NCBI GenBank assembly: GCA_963849325.1 | Contig: CAWKHF010000012.1 | Location: 736,001-800,000 of the forward strand | DNA: 64,000 nt | Direction of reading: 5' to 3' | Source: an uncultured Planctomycetota bacterium | GTDB taxonomy: Bacteria > Planctomycetota > Planctomycetia > Gemmatales > Gemmataceae | Part shown: positions 1-13,460 of the stretch, piece after piece | Numbering within the stretch: the stretch's first letter is position 1 | How the letters are laid out: the number at the start of each line of letters is the position of its first letter | Translations under genes and position numbers: made by a program | Notes under the pieces: model-generated | What the model saw: only the letters and a program-made list of their open reading frames with translations | Databases searched by the model: none | What the model was told of the DNA's origin: nothing

Positions 1-607
1 TCATTCGTCCCATTCCCCCTGGATTTGTTCGGAGCGTCGCGTCCGGAATGGACGCCGGGAACCTTCTGACTCCTCCTCGGCCCTGCGTTGCGCGATACTC
101 CCGCACGGCATCCACGAACGCCGGCGAGATGCACTTGAGAGTCAAGCGGCGTTCCGTGGCATCCGCCGGATGAATCGAGGTCAGCTGCATGATGGGGATC
201 GACATGAGCCAGCAGAAGAGAAGCGCAGGCGTGGCGATGCACAGCGATCCCAAGAGGAAGTCTTGCGTGGATTTGTTGATCTGTCCGGACATCGATCCCA
301 CGAGAGCAAAGCTGGCGGCAAGGAGGGCCAGCAGCGCGACGAACGCACCCCAGACGATCAGCGTGCGATAGAGCCAGTGATTCTTGTGCCGCGGACAGAA
401 GAGCGTGTAGCAGCGCACGTGCTCCGTGAGGATGGCTGCGACGATGACATAGGGTAGGTAGCCAAAGGGCAACAGCACATAGACCCATAAGGGGTGCGAG
501 ACAAAGCGCAGCCGTTTCCGCTCCGTCGCCGGCTCGCCGCAACACATGCAAACGTCCGGCAGGTCGCCCTCTTCCGCCTCGTACCGGCTGAGCTGAATCG
601 ACGCCAT
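1..607 (-). CDS. Hypothetical membrane protein with N-terminal CxxC (MASIQLSRYEAEEGDLPDVCMCCGEPA...); 3' end at the window edge or frameshifted
   Basis: Manual translation from ATG at 605-607 with GGAGGG upstream. Several hydrophobic segments. The frame runs to the window edge; an alternative frame ends ...GEWDE* at 1-3. Confidence 0.7.
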   Translation of the reverse strand, partial: MASIQLSRYEAEEGDLPDVCMCCGEPATERKRLRFVSHPLWVYVLLPFGYLPYVIVAAILTEHVRCYTLFCPRHKNHWLYRTLIVWGAFVALLALLAASFALVGSMSGQINKSTQDFLLGSLCIATPALLFCWLMSIPIMQLTSIHPADATERRLTLKCISPAFVDAVREYRATQGRGGVRRFPASIPDATLRTNPGGMGRM

Positions 608-855
608 GCAACGGCCCTCCTCGCTTCAAGCCCTCATGGTGCTCGCCGCCCTTAACTATCCTCGATCTTGCGCAAGCGTCAAGGACATTCCGAACCACTC
701 GTGTGAAGGAGTCGTAACAGCCAAGAATGGACCCCTGAATCCGATACGGCACCCGTTCGCCTGACACAGCTTGAGATTTCCGTTGACAGCGATACATTGG
801 GGGATTGAACTACTCGTATTACGGCGCGTGACCTAGGTAGGTGCTTAGGGCCCGC

Positions 856-875
856 GCTCGAAGAACAAGTTCGGC
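856..875 (+). mobile_element. attI-like recombination site / left boundary of cassette 1 (AAGAACAA-G|TTCGGC)
   Basis: GTTCGGC (869-875) is the exact complement of GCCGAAC (1321-1327) of the downstream attC. The A-rich run before GTT resembles the attI1 core (AAAACAAAGTT). Confidence 0.5.
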
Positions 876-894
876 ATGTGAGGAGGTAACAAGG

Positions 895-1303
895 ATGCGC
901 AAAGTCACTGTTGTCGGACTGATTTCCTTCGCCATCTGCGGGTTGCTCACCCTCCCCGCCAGTTCGGACGACAAAAAGCCGAAGGCGCCAACGGACATTG
1001 AGCACGATTTCGGGACGAAGATCGTGTCCGTGCGGAACGTCCTCAACGAAGACCGACGACCAATTCGGGTTCACGGCGGGCTATCTGGAAAAAGTCCAGA
1101 TCCGCCGGCTCGGAGACCGCAGCTTTTTGGTCGGCGAGGTCGCCGGCCGACCGGGGGAGGAGAATCCCTACGAGGGCGTGAGGCTTTGGATACCGTTATC
1201 GGGGGTGCTGGAACTCGGAGAGTTCGAGAACATAGAGGCAGTCGAAAGGGTATTGAAGAAATTGTCCAAGCCGCAGACCCCTGGGCCGGCAGCGGAGGGC
1301 TGA
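895..1303 (+). CDS. Secreted hypothetical protein (cassette 1), one apparent frameshift near 1045
   Basis: AGGAGG RBS and signal peptide MRKVTVVGLISFAICGLLTLPASS. Continues in ORF 998..1303. Flanked by cassette boundary sites. Confidence 0.65.
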
Positions 1304-1320
1304 ACCACTGATCCATCGCA

Positions 1321-1421
1321 GCCGAACCATCCATCCGCTGCGGCAGACCGGGCGGCCATTACGGCTTTTCGAGACATGATACCCATCCAGGCCGCCCGGC
1401 TGATGAACTGTGTCGTTCGAG
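1321..1421 (+). mobile_element. attC site (integron cassette recombination site), slightly degenerate
   Basis: R'' GCCGAAC and L''-like GCTGCGG; inner arms CAGaCCGGGCGGCC / GGCCGCCCGGCTG with one bulged base; 6-nt spacer TGTGTC then R' GTTCGAG. About 100 bp, directly after a stop codon. Confidence 0.75.
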
Positions 1422-1441
1422 ACAATTCGCGCGGGCCTGCC

Positions 1442-1684
1442 ATGCCTACGATCTTGAGAAGCGGCCCCTACCGTTTTTACTTCTATAGCCATGAATCCCA
1501 TGAGCCGCCGCATGTCCATGTTGATCGGGATGATTTGTCCGCCAAATTCTAGTTGCAGCCGGTCGGACTGGCGCGAAACCTCGGCTTCTCACCCAAGGAA
1601 CTGCGGAGGCTTCAGAAACAGGTGATTCAACATCAAGCAGCCTTCTTGGAGACCTGGCATGGGCATTTTGGCGTTGACGGCTGA
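1442..1684 (+). pseudogene. DUF4160-family putative toxin with in-frame TAG at codon 37
   Basis: MPTILRSGPYRFYFYSHESHEPPHVHVDRDDLSAKF*LQPV...ETWHGHFG. HEPPHVHV is a family motif. TAG at 1550-1552 sits where the family usually has Trp (KFWL). Confidence 0.8.
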
Positions 1685-1959
1685 CGAGCGGGTCACGGAC
1701 GTGAAGTTCACGAAAGACGCTTTGAGTGTCGCCCTACGCGACGGACGAACCATCACGGTGCCGCTGGCCTGGTATCCCCGCCTCTTCAACGCCACCGCGG
1801 CCCAGCGAAAGAACTGGATCGTCGCGGGTGGAGGCTATGGCATCCATTGGCCCGACATCGATGAGGATCTCAGCACGGAGGGACTTCTCCGGGCGCGCCG
1901 CACCGCGCCCGCTACAGGGCAAGGCGGAGAGCGACACGGGCCGTCGAACCAAGCGCTGA
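1659..1959 (+). CDS. DUF2442-family protein (putative antitoxin partner of DUF4160), apparent frameshift near 1890
   Basis: LRDGRTITVPLAWYPRL...GYGIHWPDIDEDLSTEGLL is typical of DUF2442. Overlaps the DUF4160 gene. Confidence 0.85.
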
Positions 1960-1974
1960 AGCGAACCCTCGTTA
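1943..1974 (+). mobile_element. Truncated attC remnant (left half) ending cassette 2
   Basis: GTCGAAC-CAAGC-GCTGAAG-CGAAC has the R''-5 nt-L'' layout. TCGAAC complements GTTCGA (1415-1420) at the start of the same cassette. Confidence 0.6.
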
Positions 1975-2556
1975 TCCGGCCGGCGGCGATGCGGCCACAG
2001 GAGGCTGGAACAACTCGCGGACGGAGCAGCGGAAGCCGGGAACCACGTCCTCGCCGGTCAACTCACCCTCCTCGCCAACCTCGGCGAGGCGGCCATCGAG
2101 CCGGCGGATTTGCACCGTGCGCGTCGGCGGGATGACCAGCCAAATCAGGCGGATGCCGGCACTGCGATATTCGGCCAACTTCTCGGCGACTTCGTAATAG
2201 GTATCGTTCGGCGATACGACTTCCACCACCAAGTCGGGAACGAGGCGAATGTGTCCTTGTGGCAGCGCCTCGTCGGGAAATCGTCCGGCGCGGACAAAGG
2301 ACACGTCAGGTTTGCGGACCAGGTTCGGTCGTTGCGGAAGGAATTGATACGTCGCATCCGCCGGGAAAACCCAACCGAGGAAGGGGCTTTCACAAAAAGT
2401 GCCGAGGAGACGAATCAACCGACCCCCCACATAACTCGATACGGCGCCCATGTGCCTCTCCACCAGTTTGCCGTCCACAAGCTCATAGTCGCCGTCATCC
2501 GGCAGGCGCAGAAACTCCTCGGCGGTGATGAGCGGGGGGGATACGAGCAAATTCAT
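1972..2556 (-). CDS. Uma2 (DUF820) family endonuclease-like protein
   Basis: [30 protein letters not shown] and [10 protein letters not shown] motifs. Confidence 0.92.
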   Translation of the reverse strand: MNLLVSPPLITAEEFLRLPDDGDYELVDGKLVERHMGAVSSYVGGRLIRLLGTFCESPFLGWVFPADATYQFLPQRPNLVRKPDVSFVRAGRFPDEALPQGHIRLVPDLVVEVVSPNDTYYEVAEKLAEYRSAGIRLIWLVIPPTRTVQIRRLDGRLAEVGEEGELTGEDVVPGFRCSVRELFQPPVAASPPAG

Positions 2557-2614
2557 GTTTCGAGTCTCCCAGGGGACGAGGACACGAATAAGCCTAATCG
2601 GTCCGCATCGCGGA

Positions 2615-4922
<2,308 letters not shown>

Positions 4923-5084
4923 GATGCCGGCTCTCGTAGAGTTTCGGGCCGCCGAGGTGCGGCCTTCCTTTTATTCTACGCGAACCGGCAAACGCGACGG
5001 GACGCCGGAGCCTCTTGCCCCCGGCGGAGGGCCTTCGCTACCTTGATAGCGGAAGCCGTGGCCCTGTTGCGAGGAGGATTCGCC

Positions 5085-5450
5085 ATGCCGGAGCAAACGC
5101 CGTCGGGTCCGCCTATCCCCGCGGGATTGCCGTCCAGTCTTCACACCATCGCCGAGGTGCTGCGCGACCCCAAGCCGCTGAGCCGAGAAACGCGCGAAGT
5201 GCTCGCCGCCCTCGTGGACGAGTTGGGTGTGGCGCTGGCGGCCGCGCCGGTGCCGCCGGCCGAGGTGGCGCACCTGGCCGACAGCACTGCTCAGCTGGTA
5301 CGGGCCATCCACCATCGCGCCGCTCCGGGCATCCTGGCGTCGGCGCGCGACCGCCTCGAAGCCGCCCTCCTCGCCACCGAATCGAAGGCGCCGCTGATCG
5401 CCGGACTCGGCCAGCGCCTGCTCGACGCCCTCGCCAACATCGGCATTTGA
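5085..5450 (+). CDS. Hypothetical helical protein (DUF4404-like C-terminus LANIGI)
   Basis: GAGGAGG RBS before ATG 5085; ends ...RLLDALANIGI. Confidence 0.65.
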   Translation: MPEQTPSGPPIPAGLPSSLHTIAEVLRDPKPLSRETREVLAALVDELGVALAAAPVPPAEVAHLADSTAQLVRAIHHRAAPGILASARDRLEAALLATESKAPLIAGLGQRLLDALANIGI

Positions 5451-5474
5451 AGCGTTGCGGCGACCTCTTCTCCA

Positions 5475-6451
5475 TCACGCGACAGCCGCGCGGCGCCGTC
5501 CGCCCTGTCGCGGCGCGCCGTCTCTCTGCTGCCACCAATCCAGGCACCGGCGCAGGCCGGTCACCATGTCCGTCGTCGGCTTGTAGCCGAGTTCCGCGCA
5601 TGCCCGGTCGATGCTGGCCTGGCTGTGCCGCACGTCGCCGGGCCGCGCTGCTGTGTGCTCCGGCTGGATGTCGTGCCCAGCAGCGCGTTCAGGTGCTCGA
5701 CCAGTTCCAGCAGCGAAGTACGCCGGCCGCAGGCGATGTTGTAGACCTGGCCGCTGACGCCCGGCGCCTCGGCGGCCAGCAGGTTGGCCTGCACCACATC
5801 GGCGACAAACGTGAAGTCGCGCGACTGCTGGCCGTCGCCGTGGATGACGGGACTGCGTCCGGCGGTCATCGCCTCAATGAAGCGCGGAATCACCGCCGCG
5901 TAGGGGCTGTCCGGCGACTGCCGCGGGCCGAAGACGTTGAAATAGCGCAGTCGCACCGTCTCCAAGCCGTACACTTCGCTGAAGGCGGCGCAGTACTGCT
6001 CGCCGGCCAGCTTGGCGGCGGCGTAGGGCGACAGCGGCAACGTCGGGTCGCTCTCGCACTTGGGCAGACGCTCCGAGTTGCCGTAGGCGCTGGAGCTGGC
6101 CGCGTAGACGACGCGGCGCACGCCGGCGTCGCGCGCCGCCAGCAGGACGTGCAGCGTGCCGTTGACGCAGGCGTGGTGCGTCGCCAGCGGGTCGGCCACG
6201 CTGCGCGGCACCGAGGCCAGGGCCGCCTGGTGAAAGACCACCTCCACGCCCTGCACCGCCGCCTGCACCGTCGTCAGGTCGGTGATGTCGCCGTCGAACA
6301 CACGCACCTGCTCGCGCACCTGCGCCAGGTTGGCCGGGTCGCCCGTGCTGAAGTTGTCCAGCACGCGCACCGTGTGCCCGCGTCCCAGCAGCGCCTCGAC
6401 CAGGTGCGAGCCGATGAAACCCGCTCCGCCGGTAACCAGACATACCGTCAT
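5475..6451 (-). CDS. NAD-dependent epimerase/dehydratase (UDP-sugar 4-epimerase, extended SDR); C-terminal frameshift
   Basis: [23 protein letters not shown]. The GDVRHSQA...LGY tail lies in another frame ending at 5475. Confidence 0.9.
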
Positions 6452-6470
6452 GTCATGCTCCTGTATTCAA

Positions 6471-6537
6471 GTTTAGCCGCGATGCGCAGCGGAGCGCGAG
6501 AGGCAAGCCCGCGCTCCGCTACGCGTCGCGGCTAAAC
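6471..6537. repeat. REP-like palindrome, family A (GCCGCGAYGCGCAGCGGAGCGCG arm)
   Basis: Near-perfect inverted repeat; second copy at 45366-45434. Confidence 0.85.
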
Positions 6538-6546
6538 GGGAAAATC

Positions 6547-7897
6547 CTACGCCTTCACGATGCGGGCCCGAGGACGTGGCGCAGTCCGCCGTGGCGTTGC
6601 GCGTGTCCACGACAAGGCGGGCGTTCTCGACGACGAGATCCCAGTCGTAGGCCGAGTGATCGGTGACAATCACGACGCAGTCCTGCTCGCCAAGGAACTC
6701 CGGCGTCAGCGGCTGGCTGTCCAGGCGCAGGCTGTGGTGTCGCATGCGCGGCAGGCTGGGGACGTGCGGGTCGTTGTAGGAGACGACGGCGCCCTTCGCT
6801 TGCAGCAATTCCAGGATCGCGAAGGCCGGCGACTCGCGCGGATCGTCCACGTCCTTCTTGTAGGCGACGCCGAGCACGCACACGCGGCTGCCCTTGACCG
6901 ACTTGCCGTCCTCGTTGAGGGCGTCGGCCACGCGATCAACGACGTATTGCGGCATGGCCGTGTTGATCTCGCCGGCCAACTCGATGAAGCGCGTGTTGAT
7001 GCCGTACCTTGCGCGCGGCCCACGTCAGGTAGAACGGATCGATGGGGATGCAGTGTCCGCCCAGGCCGGGACCGGGATAGAACGCCTGGAAGCCGAACGG
7101 CTTGGTCTTGGCCGCCGCGATCACCTCCCAGACGTCGATGCCCATCGCCGCGAAGACGCCCTTCAATTCGTTGACCAGCGCGATGTTGACGGCGCGGTAG
7201 GTGTTCTCCAGGATCTTGCACGCCTCGGCGACGCGCGTACTCGACACCGGCACCACGCCGTCCACGATCGGCTCGTACAGGCGGACGGCCAGCTCGCGGC
7301 TGGTCTCGTCGAGTCCGCCGATCACTTTGGGGATATTGCGAGTCGCAAAATCGCGGTTGCCGGGATCTTCGCGCTCGGGGCTGTAGGCCAGGAAGAAATC
7401 GCGGCCGGCCTTGCAGGCCGCTCTCTTCCAGCAACGGCACGCAGCACGTCTTCGGTGGTGCCGGGGTAGGTGGTGCTTTCGAGGACGACCAGCTGTCCGG
7501 GCCGCAGGTGGGGCCGCAGCGTGATGGCGGTGTTGACGATGTACGACAGGTCCGGCTCGCGCGCCTCGCCCAGCGGCGTCGGCACGCAGATGACGATGGC
7601 GTCGGCCTCGGCGAAGCGGCGTGGATCGCCGGTCGCCTCGAAACGGCCGCTGCCGATCAACTCAGCCACGCGCTCGGCGCAGATGTGGCCGATGTAGCTT
7701 TCGCCGCGATTGAGCTTGGCGACCTTGTCGGCGTCGATGTCGAAGCCGAGCACGGGATAGCCGCCCCAGGCGAATGTCTCGGCCAGCGGCAGGCCGACGT
7801 AGCCGAGTCCGACCACGGCTACGCGGGCCGTGCACTCCTCAATGCGGCTGAGCAGTTCGTCGGCCAGAGACAGCGAGGAAGCCAGATCCAGGGTCAT
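6547..7897 (-). CDS. Nucleotide-sugar dehydrogenase (UDP-GlcNAc/UDP-glucose 6-dehydrogenase family); frameshifted
   Basis: [66 protein letters not shown]. Confidence 0.92.
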
Positions 7898-7929
7898 GAA
7901 AGAGACTCCATTCTCAGGGTGCGGTTTCC

Positions 7930-7990
7930 CCACTAGCCCGGAGCGCCAGCGACGGGTACTCGGATCCGTCGCTGCGCTCCGGGCTAGTGG
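7930..7990. repeat. REP-like palindrome (CCCGGAGCGCCAGCGACGG arm)
   Basis: Intergenic inverted repeat CCACTAGCCCGGAGCG...CGCTCCGGGCTAGTGG. Confidence 0.8.
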
Positions 7991-8011
7991 TTGCGAAACG
8001 AAACGATCCAA

Positions 8012-11000
8012 TCAGCGTACTTTCAGTTCTTCCAGCAAGCGCTGATACGCTTCCTGCTCGACCGGGTGCAGGGCGCTGGCCTGCAAGCCGGATTCCTTGG
8101 CCTGCTTGAAGACCTTGTAGGCGGTGGTCTTGTCGCGGGCCTGGTAGTGGGCCCGAGCCAGGTGGAACAGGTGCGCCGGCGTCGGCATGTCGGCGGCGGC
8201 GGCGCGGAAGTCGGCCAGGGCCGCGCTGTCCTGGCCCAACTTCAGGTAGACCAGGCCGCGCGTGTCGAGCAGGTCGGCGCGCCGGCCGATGCCGTTGACC
8301 GCCGCCTCGATCTTGGCCAGCGCTTCCCGCATCTTGTCGGCGTCGCTGGAGCGCTGCACCAGCAGCCAGGCCAGGTTGTTCAGGGCCACCACGTTCTTCG
8401 GCTCGTTTTGCAGCACCACGCGGTAGGCGGCCTCGGACTCCTCCCAGCGGCCGCGCTGATCGTACAGGTCGGCCAGGTGCAGCTGGAGGACGATGCTCCG
8501 GGGCTTGGCCTTGAGGGCTTCCTTGAGATGATTTTCGATGAGCAGGATCTGGGCGTCGGTCGGCGGCATGGCCGACGCCTGCATGTTCCGCAGCACGGCC
8601 ACGCTGGCGCCGCCGATGACTTCGGCGGCACACTTGTTTTCCGTCCAGGTCGCCTCGCAGCGCGCGAACGCCTCGGCGAGCTTCTTCTGCCGCCGCATCG
8701 AGTTGAGCACCAGCAGCACTTCCTCGGGCCGGGCGTTGGGTCGCCGGATGAGGTCTTCGAGCTTGCGCAGGGCCGCGTCGCCCTTGCCCTGGAGTTCCAG
8801 CAGCCGTGCCCGCAGTTCGACCGCCGCCAACGCATTCGGCTCCAAGCCGCGCTGCTGCTCCATCTCGCCGAGGCGATCCACCACGCCCTCCGCCTCGTCG
8901 AGTTCGTTGTGCTCCAGAAGCTCCTGGGCGTAGGAGACCAGGTACTGCGGCGATGCTTCGCTGCCGCGCGTCAGCTCCTGCAGGATGGGTCGGACCTTCA
9001 GCCACGAACCCTCGGCCTGGTACAGCATCGCCAGGATGAAGCGGTCGTCCGGCCGCAGCGCCTTGCTGCGTTCCAGCTCCACCAGCAATTCGAGGGCGCG
9101 TTGGCGGAAGGGACGATGGCCGGCCTGCGACGCCAGCACCCGCGCCTGGAATCGTCGAGCGTCCGTGCTGTCGGCGTGCTCCCGTTCCGGATCGCGGAGG
9201 AGTTGGCCGTTGCCGTCCAGCTTCAGCCCCACGAGCGCCAGGGCTTCGCGGAAGCGACCGTAATCGGTGCCGCTGGCCAGCAGCACCGCCAGGTGACGCC
9301 GCGCCCAGTTCTGATCGTCGGTTGAAGGCTCCTTGACGCGCTTTTCCACAATGTCGCGCAAGAGCGGCTCGGCGTCGGCCAGCCGTCCGGCGCTCCAGTA
9401 GAACGCCGCCACACGGCGCACGGTTGTCGCATCCTGGCGATTGCTGTTGAGGGCTTCACGGTAGCCGACCTCGGCCGAGCGCGTGCGGCCCAGCGCCTCG
9501 TAGCACTGCGACAGCACCATCTCCACTCGATTCTTCGGCAGCCGACGGCGGGCCTGTTCGAGCACGGCCTCGGCCTCCTTCTCGCGCTTCTGCCGGGCCA
9601 AAAACTGTACGAAGGTGACGTAAGGCTCCGGCTCGTGATCCGCCAGGCGCAGGGCGGCGCGGAACTTCTTCTCGGCCTCGTCGGTTTGGTTGGCCTCGGC
9701 GAGCAGGCGGCCATCCCACAGCAGGGCGCGATAATGCTTGCCATCCTCCGGAGCGCGATTGGCCTCCAGCAGCTTCAGCGCCCGCCGGGGATCGTGACGA
9801 CGAACCGCCACAAACGCGACCAGCCGGGCAAAGTCCGAGTCGGCCAGTGCCGGCCCCCGCAAGTAGCGCAGGGCGTTGTCGGCCTCCTCATAGCGCTCGG
9901 CGCCCGTCAGCAACTCGACCAGGTCGCGGATGACGCCCGGACTCCGCTCGCCGTTGTGGATGGCCTCTTGCAGATTGTTGATGGCGAGGTCGGGGTGGTC
10001 GGTCATCCGCTCGATCTGCGCCCGGGCCAGAAACAGCGCCGGCCAGGTCGGCCGCAGCGACTGCACGCGATCCAGCTGCCCTCGCGCTTCGTCCAGGATC
10101 TTGAGGCGATCCTCCTCCGGCTTCTTCTTCGCCACCCAGATGAGCCGCAGCGCTTCGCCATAGCGGTGGAACGGCCCGTGCTCGCCTTCCAGACCTCGAA
10201 TGGTCTCCAGCGCGGCCCTTATGCCGTCCTCGTCCTCCACTTTGAGGGCCAGATCGAACAGCAGCAGGTGCAGGGGGAGATCATTCTGTCGGCTCGTCAG
10301 CTTCGCCACGCGCTGCCATAGCCGCCGCGCGGCCTTCACATTGCCCAGCCCCAGCTGCACGTCCGCCAGGCCGCCCAGCAAACGCCCCCGATCGTCTTCC
10401 TTCTTGAGCCTGGCAATGCCGTCCGCCACGCCATTGATCGCGGTCTCGGCACTTTTGGGACTTTCTTCGGCCAGCAGGCGCGCCTCGGCCAGCAGCACGG
10501 ATACTTCCCCACTGTGCGTCTTCTTCGCTTCGTCCAGGATCTTGCGTGCCTCGATGGGCTGGCGAGCACGCAGCTCCAGGTAGACGCGGGCGGTCCACAG
10601 TTCGGCGTTGTCCTTCCAGGCGCCCTCGGTTTGTGCCTGCTTCAACACGTCGCGGGCCTTGTCCAGGCCCGTTTTCGGATCGCGAAGGACGCAAATTTGC
10701 GCCTTCGCCAACGGCAGATCGACCGAGCCGGGGTTGGCCTTGGTCGCATTCTCCAGCAGGTTCTCCACGTACTCCCAGTTGGGCGTCTCCTGCTGGGCCT
10801 GCCGCTGCGTCTCCAGGCGAACGTAGTCGAGCCAGACGCGATCCGGCATCCGCCCGGCCAGCGCCAGATCGCGGAATTTGTCGGCCGCGTTGTCGAGGTG
10901 GCCCATGGTCCACTCGGCCTGGGCCATGCCGACCTTGGCCGTCACCGAGTTGGGCTGGCCTTGCGCCAGGCGCTCGAAGGCGTTGTACATCTGCCCCGGC

Positions 11001-12344
11001 TCGACGAGTTGCTCGTAGCACTGGCCGAGATAGAGATTGATCTGGCCGGCCAGGTCGGGCTGCGTGCCCAGGGTCGGCCGCACCTGTTCGAGCAGGGTGA
11101 CGGCTTCCGCCCAGCGGTGGTCCAGCAAGAGCAGACGCGCCTTCAGGTAGTCTCCCGCCGCGGGAGTGCCGCGCGTCTTGCGGATTTGTTCGATCGACTC
11201 CGCTACCTCGGCGCGAGCTCGCGCCTCCGTTCCCTGGACTCCGCCGACTCGTCGTCGCGCCGGCGCCGAGCCGTTCGATGTCGTCCAGCAGCAGATCGGC
11301 CTTCTGCCACAGAAGTTGATAGCGGGTCCAATCGACGGCCGCCGCTCGACCGCCGCGAGCGTGCAGCTTCAGACCCTGCTTCAAATAATCCAGCGCCTTG
11401 CCGCGATGCTCGGCCCGGCGTTTTTCCTTCTCCGCCGGTGCGGCCTCGCTGGCGAGGACGGCCTGCGCCTCCAGGCGCTCCAGGTCGGCGGCGGCCAGGA
11501 GCACGTCCACCGACTCGGGAGCGCGCTGCAGCGCCCGGGCCACGTCATCCGCCGCGTCCCGCAGCGCCACCTGACCGTTGGTGGGCGAGCCTTGGAGATC
11601 GAGAAGCCGGAACTCGCGCCGATAGCGCCAACGCGCCAGGTACGCCTCGTGAGAGAGCGGATTATTGGCGACCAGTTCGTCGAGGGCTTTGTCTGCCTCC
11701 GCCTGGTTCCACCGAAGCGTTTCTGCCTCTACCTCCTTCTGACGGCGCAGCAGAGAAGCCAGCCGCACATAATTGAGCTGTTCCTGCGGCGCATGGCGGA
11801 CGGCGAGGCGGTAGCAGACGAGCGCCTTGGCCGGCTGGTTCTCGGCTTCGAGCAGTTGTCCGCCATAGCCTTCGGACTCGCCGCGCCGGATCGGCGTTCG
11901 CTCCGGCCGCGTCCGCCGGCTCGGCGAGGAACTCCTTGGTCAGCAGTTTCTCCAGGTGGTTGCGGGCCGTCTTGAGTTCCTGCACTTCCAGGGCCACCTT
12001 CACCAGCATCCGACGTAGCTCGGGCTGGTCCTCGCCGCGCGTCAGCACCTCGTCGAGCAGACGCACGACCTTGGTGCGTTCGCGCGTGCCGGCGAAGACG
12101 TCGCCAGCCCACAAGCGGCCAGCCGCGCCTTCTCCGTCAGGTCTTTCGGATTGAATTCCAGGTAGCGCTGCAGATAGCGCGCCTGGCGCTTGACATCGCC
12201 CTGCTCCTCGGCGCGGCGCGCCTGCCACAAGAGCGAATCGGCGATGCGCTGGTACTGGAAGTGGTGTACGCCGAAGACGGCGCCGGTACACAAGACGCCG
12301 GCGATCAGAAGCCCCAGGAAGAGCTTGGCGTTGATTTTACGCAT
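8012..12344 (-). CDS. Very large TPR-repeat protein with N-terminal membrane anchor (PEP-CTERM/EPS-locus type); frameshifts between about 11.2 and 12.15 kb
   Basis: MRKINAKLFLGLLIAGVLCTGAVFGV anchor; TPR motifs such as ALNNLAWLL and LDTRGLVYLKLG. Lies between the PEP-CTERM genes and the sugar enzymes. Confidence 0.85.
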
Positions 12345-12512
12345 GAGAAGTCATTCCATCGGTTGCGGCGGCGGCCAGGACGATGCGGGACGCGCGCCGG
12401 AGATAGAGGGAGGGCCGGACGCCGGGCCGGAACGGGCCGGGTAGCCGTGGGGAGAGTGGGCGGGTGGCAGGAACGAAGGTCATGGTTGGCGTCGTCTGGG
12501 TTGAAACAAGTT

Positions 12513-12550
12513 CCCTGTCCGGGCGTCCGGCGGCGGACGTCCGGACAGGG
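12513..12550 (-). terminator. GC-rich hairpin downstream of the PEP-CTERM genes (possible terminator or processing stem)
   Basis: CCCTGTCCGGGCGTCCG-GCGG-CGGACGTCCGGACAGGG; only a weak U-tract. Confidence 0.4.
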
Positions 12551-12601
12551 GCTGCGTCCAATCAACGAGGACACGAGTCGGTGTCGAGGACATCGCCGCG
12601 T

Positions 12602-13327
12602 TTAGGCCAACAGTTCGGCGAACGTGTGGCGGCGCTCGCGCCAGGACGTGACGCCGGCGAAGGCCAGGCCCAGGCACGACAGCACCAACGTGGACGGCTC
12701 GGGCGTGCTGGATACTGTGCCAGTCCCTCCCGTCACGTTGATATAGGCGCCGATGCTGCCGACCGGACTGGGACTGCCCGGCGACGGCGGAATCGGCGGC
12801 CCAGGCGCCGTATACGACAACAAACCCGACGAGAGCGTGAACTTGTCGCCATTGCTGGCCGTCCAGGTGTACGACGACTGCGGATTGCTGGGATCGGTGC
12901 CGATGCCGGAGAACGTGTTGCCCACGTTGGCATTGGATTGGGAAAACGTGTTCTGGCTCTTGGTCGGGTCCGTCAGGTCGGTAATGCCCAGCTTGCCCGT
13001 CAGAAAGATGGTCGGACTGGTCTGACCGTTGTTCTGGTCCGTAATGGTCAGGCCAACCTGATACGCTCCACTGTTGACGAACGTATTGGGGCTGGACGGC
13101 AACGCCGTACTGGACAGGCTCAGGTTGCTGACGATGACGTTGGAGCTGTTCTGCGCCGTCCCCGACGACTGCGAGAAGGCCACCGAGCCGGAGTTGTTGT
13201 CCGCCGGGAGGATCGCCTGCGAAGGGCTGAAACTGTAGGTCCAGTTCACTGGACCCGCCGTCGCCCAGCCGCCGGCCAAGAAGAGCAGGCCGGCCGACGA
13301 GGCGAACAAGAGAAGGGAACGTTTCAT
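12602..13327 (-). CDS. PEP-CTERM sorting-domain surface protein, copy 1
   Basis: Signal peptide, Ser/Thr/Asn-rich body, TPEPSTLVLSCLGLAFAGVTSWRERR tail. Confidence 0.92.
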   Translation of the reverse strand: MKRSLLLFASSAGLLFLAGGWATAGPVNWTYSFSPSQAILPADNNSGSVAFSQSSGTAQNSSNVIVSNLSLSSTALPSSPNTFVNSGAYQVGLTITDQNNGQTSPTIFLTGKLGITDLTDPTKSQNTFSQSNANVGNTFSGIGTDPSNPQSSYTWTASNGDKFTLSSGLLSYTAPGPPIPPSPGSPSPVGSIGAYINVTGGTGTVSSTPEPSTLVLSCLGLAFAGVTSWRERRHTFAELLA

Positions 13328-13460
13328 ATCTGTGGGTCCTTTCCTATCCGTGGTATTGACCACACGAAGAATCTGCGAACGATCTCCGGAATCCATTCGA
13401 GAGGTCCCATCGAGGAGCGCGACCTTCAACCGCGTCGAGCTTCCTCGACTTCGCAAGCGT

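Noticed and set aside
608-868. Integron integrase remnant upstream of the attI-like site
   Set aside because: Only about 260 bp, with no tyrosine-recombinase motifs in the ORF translations covering it.
1550-1552. TAG read-through (pyrrolysine or recoding) in DUF4160
   Set aside because: TAG is an ordinary stop elsewhere in the window (lpdA, hslU, uvrB) and no pyl genes are seen; a nonsense mutation or error is simpler.
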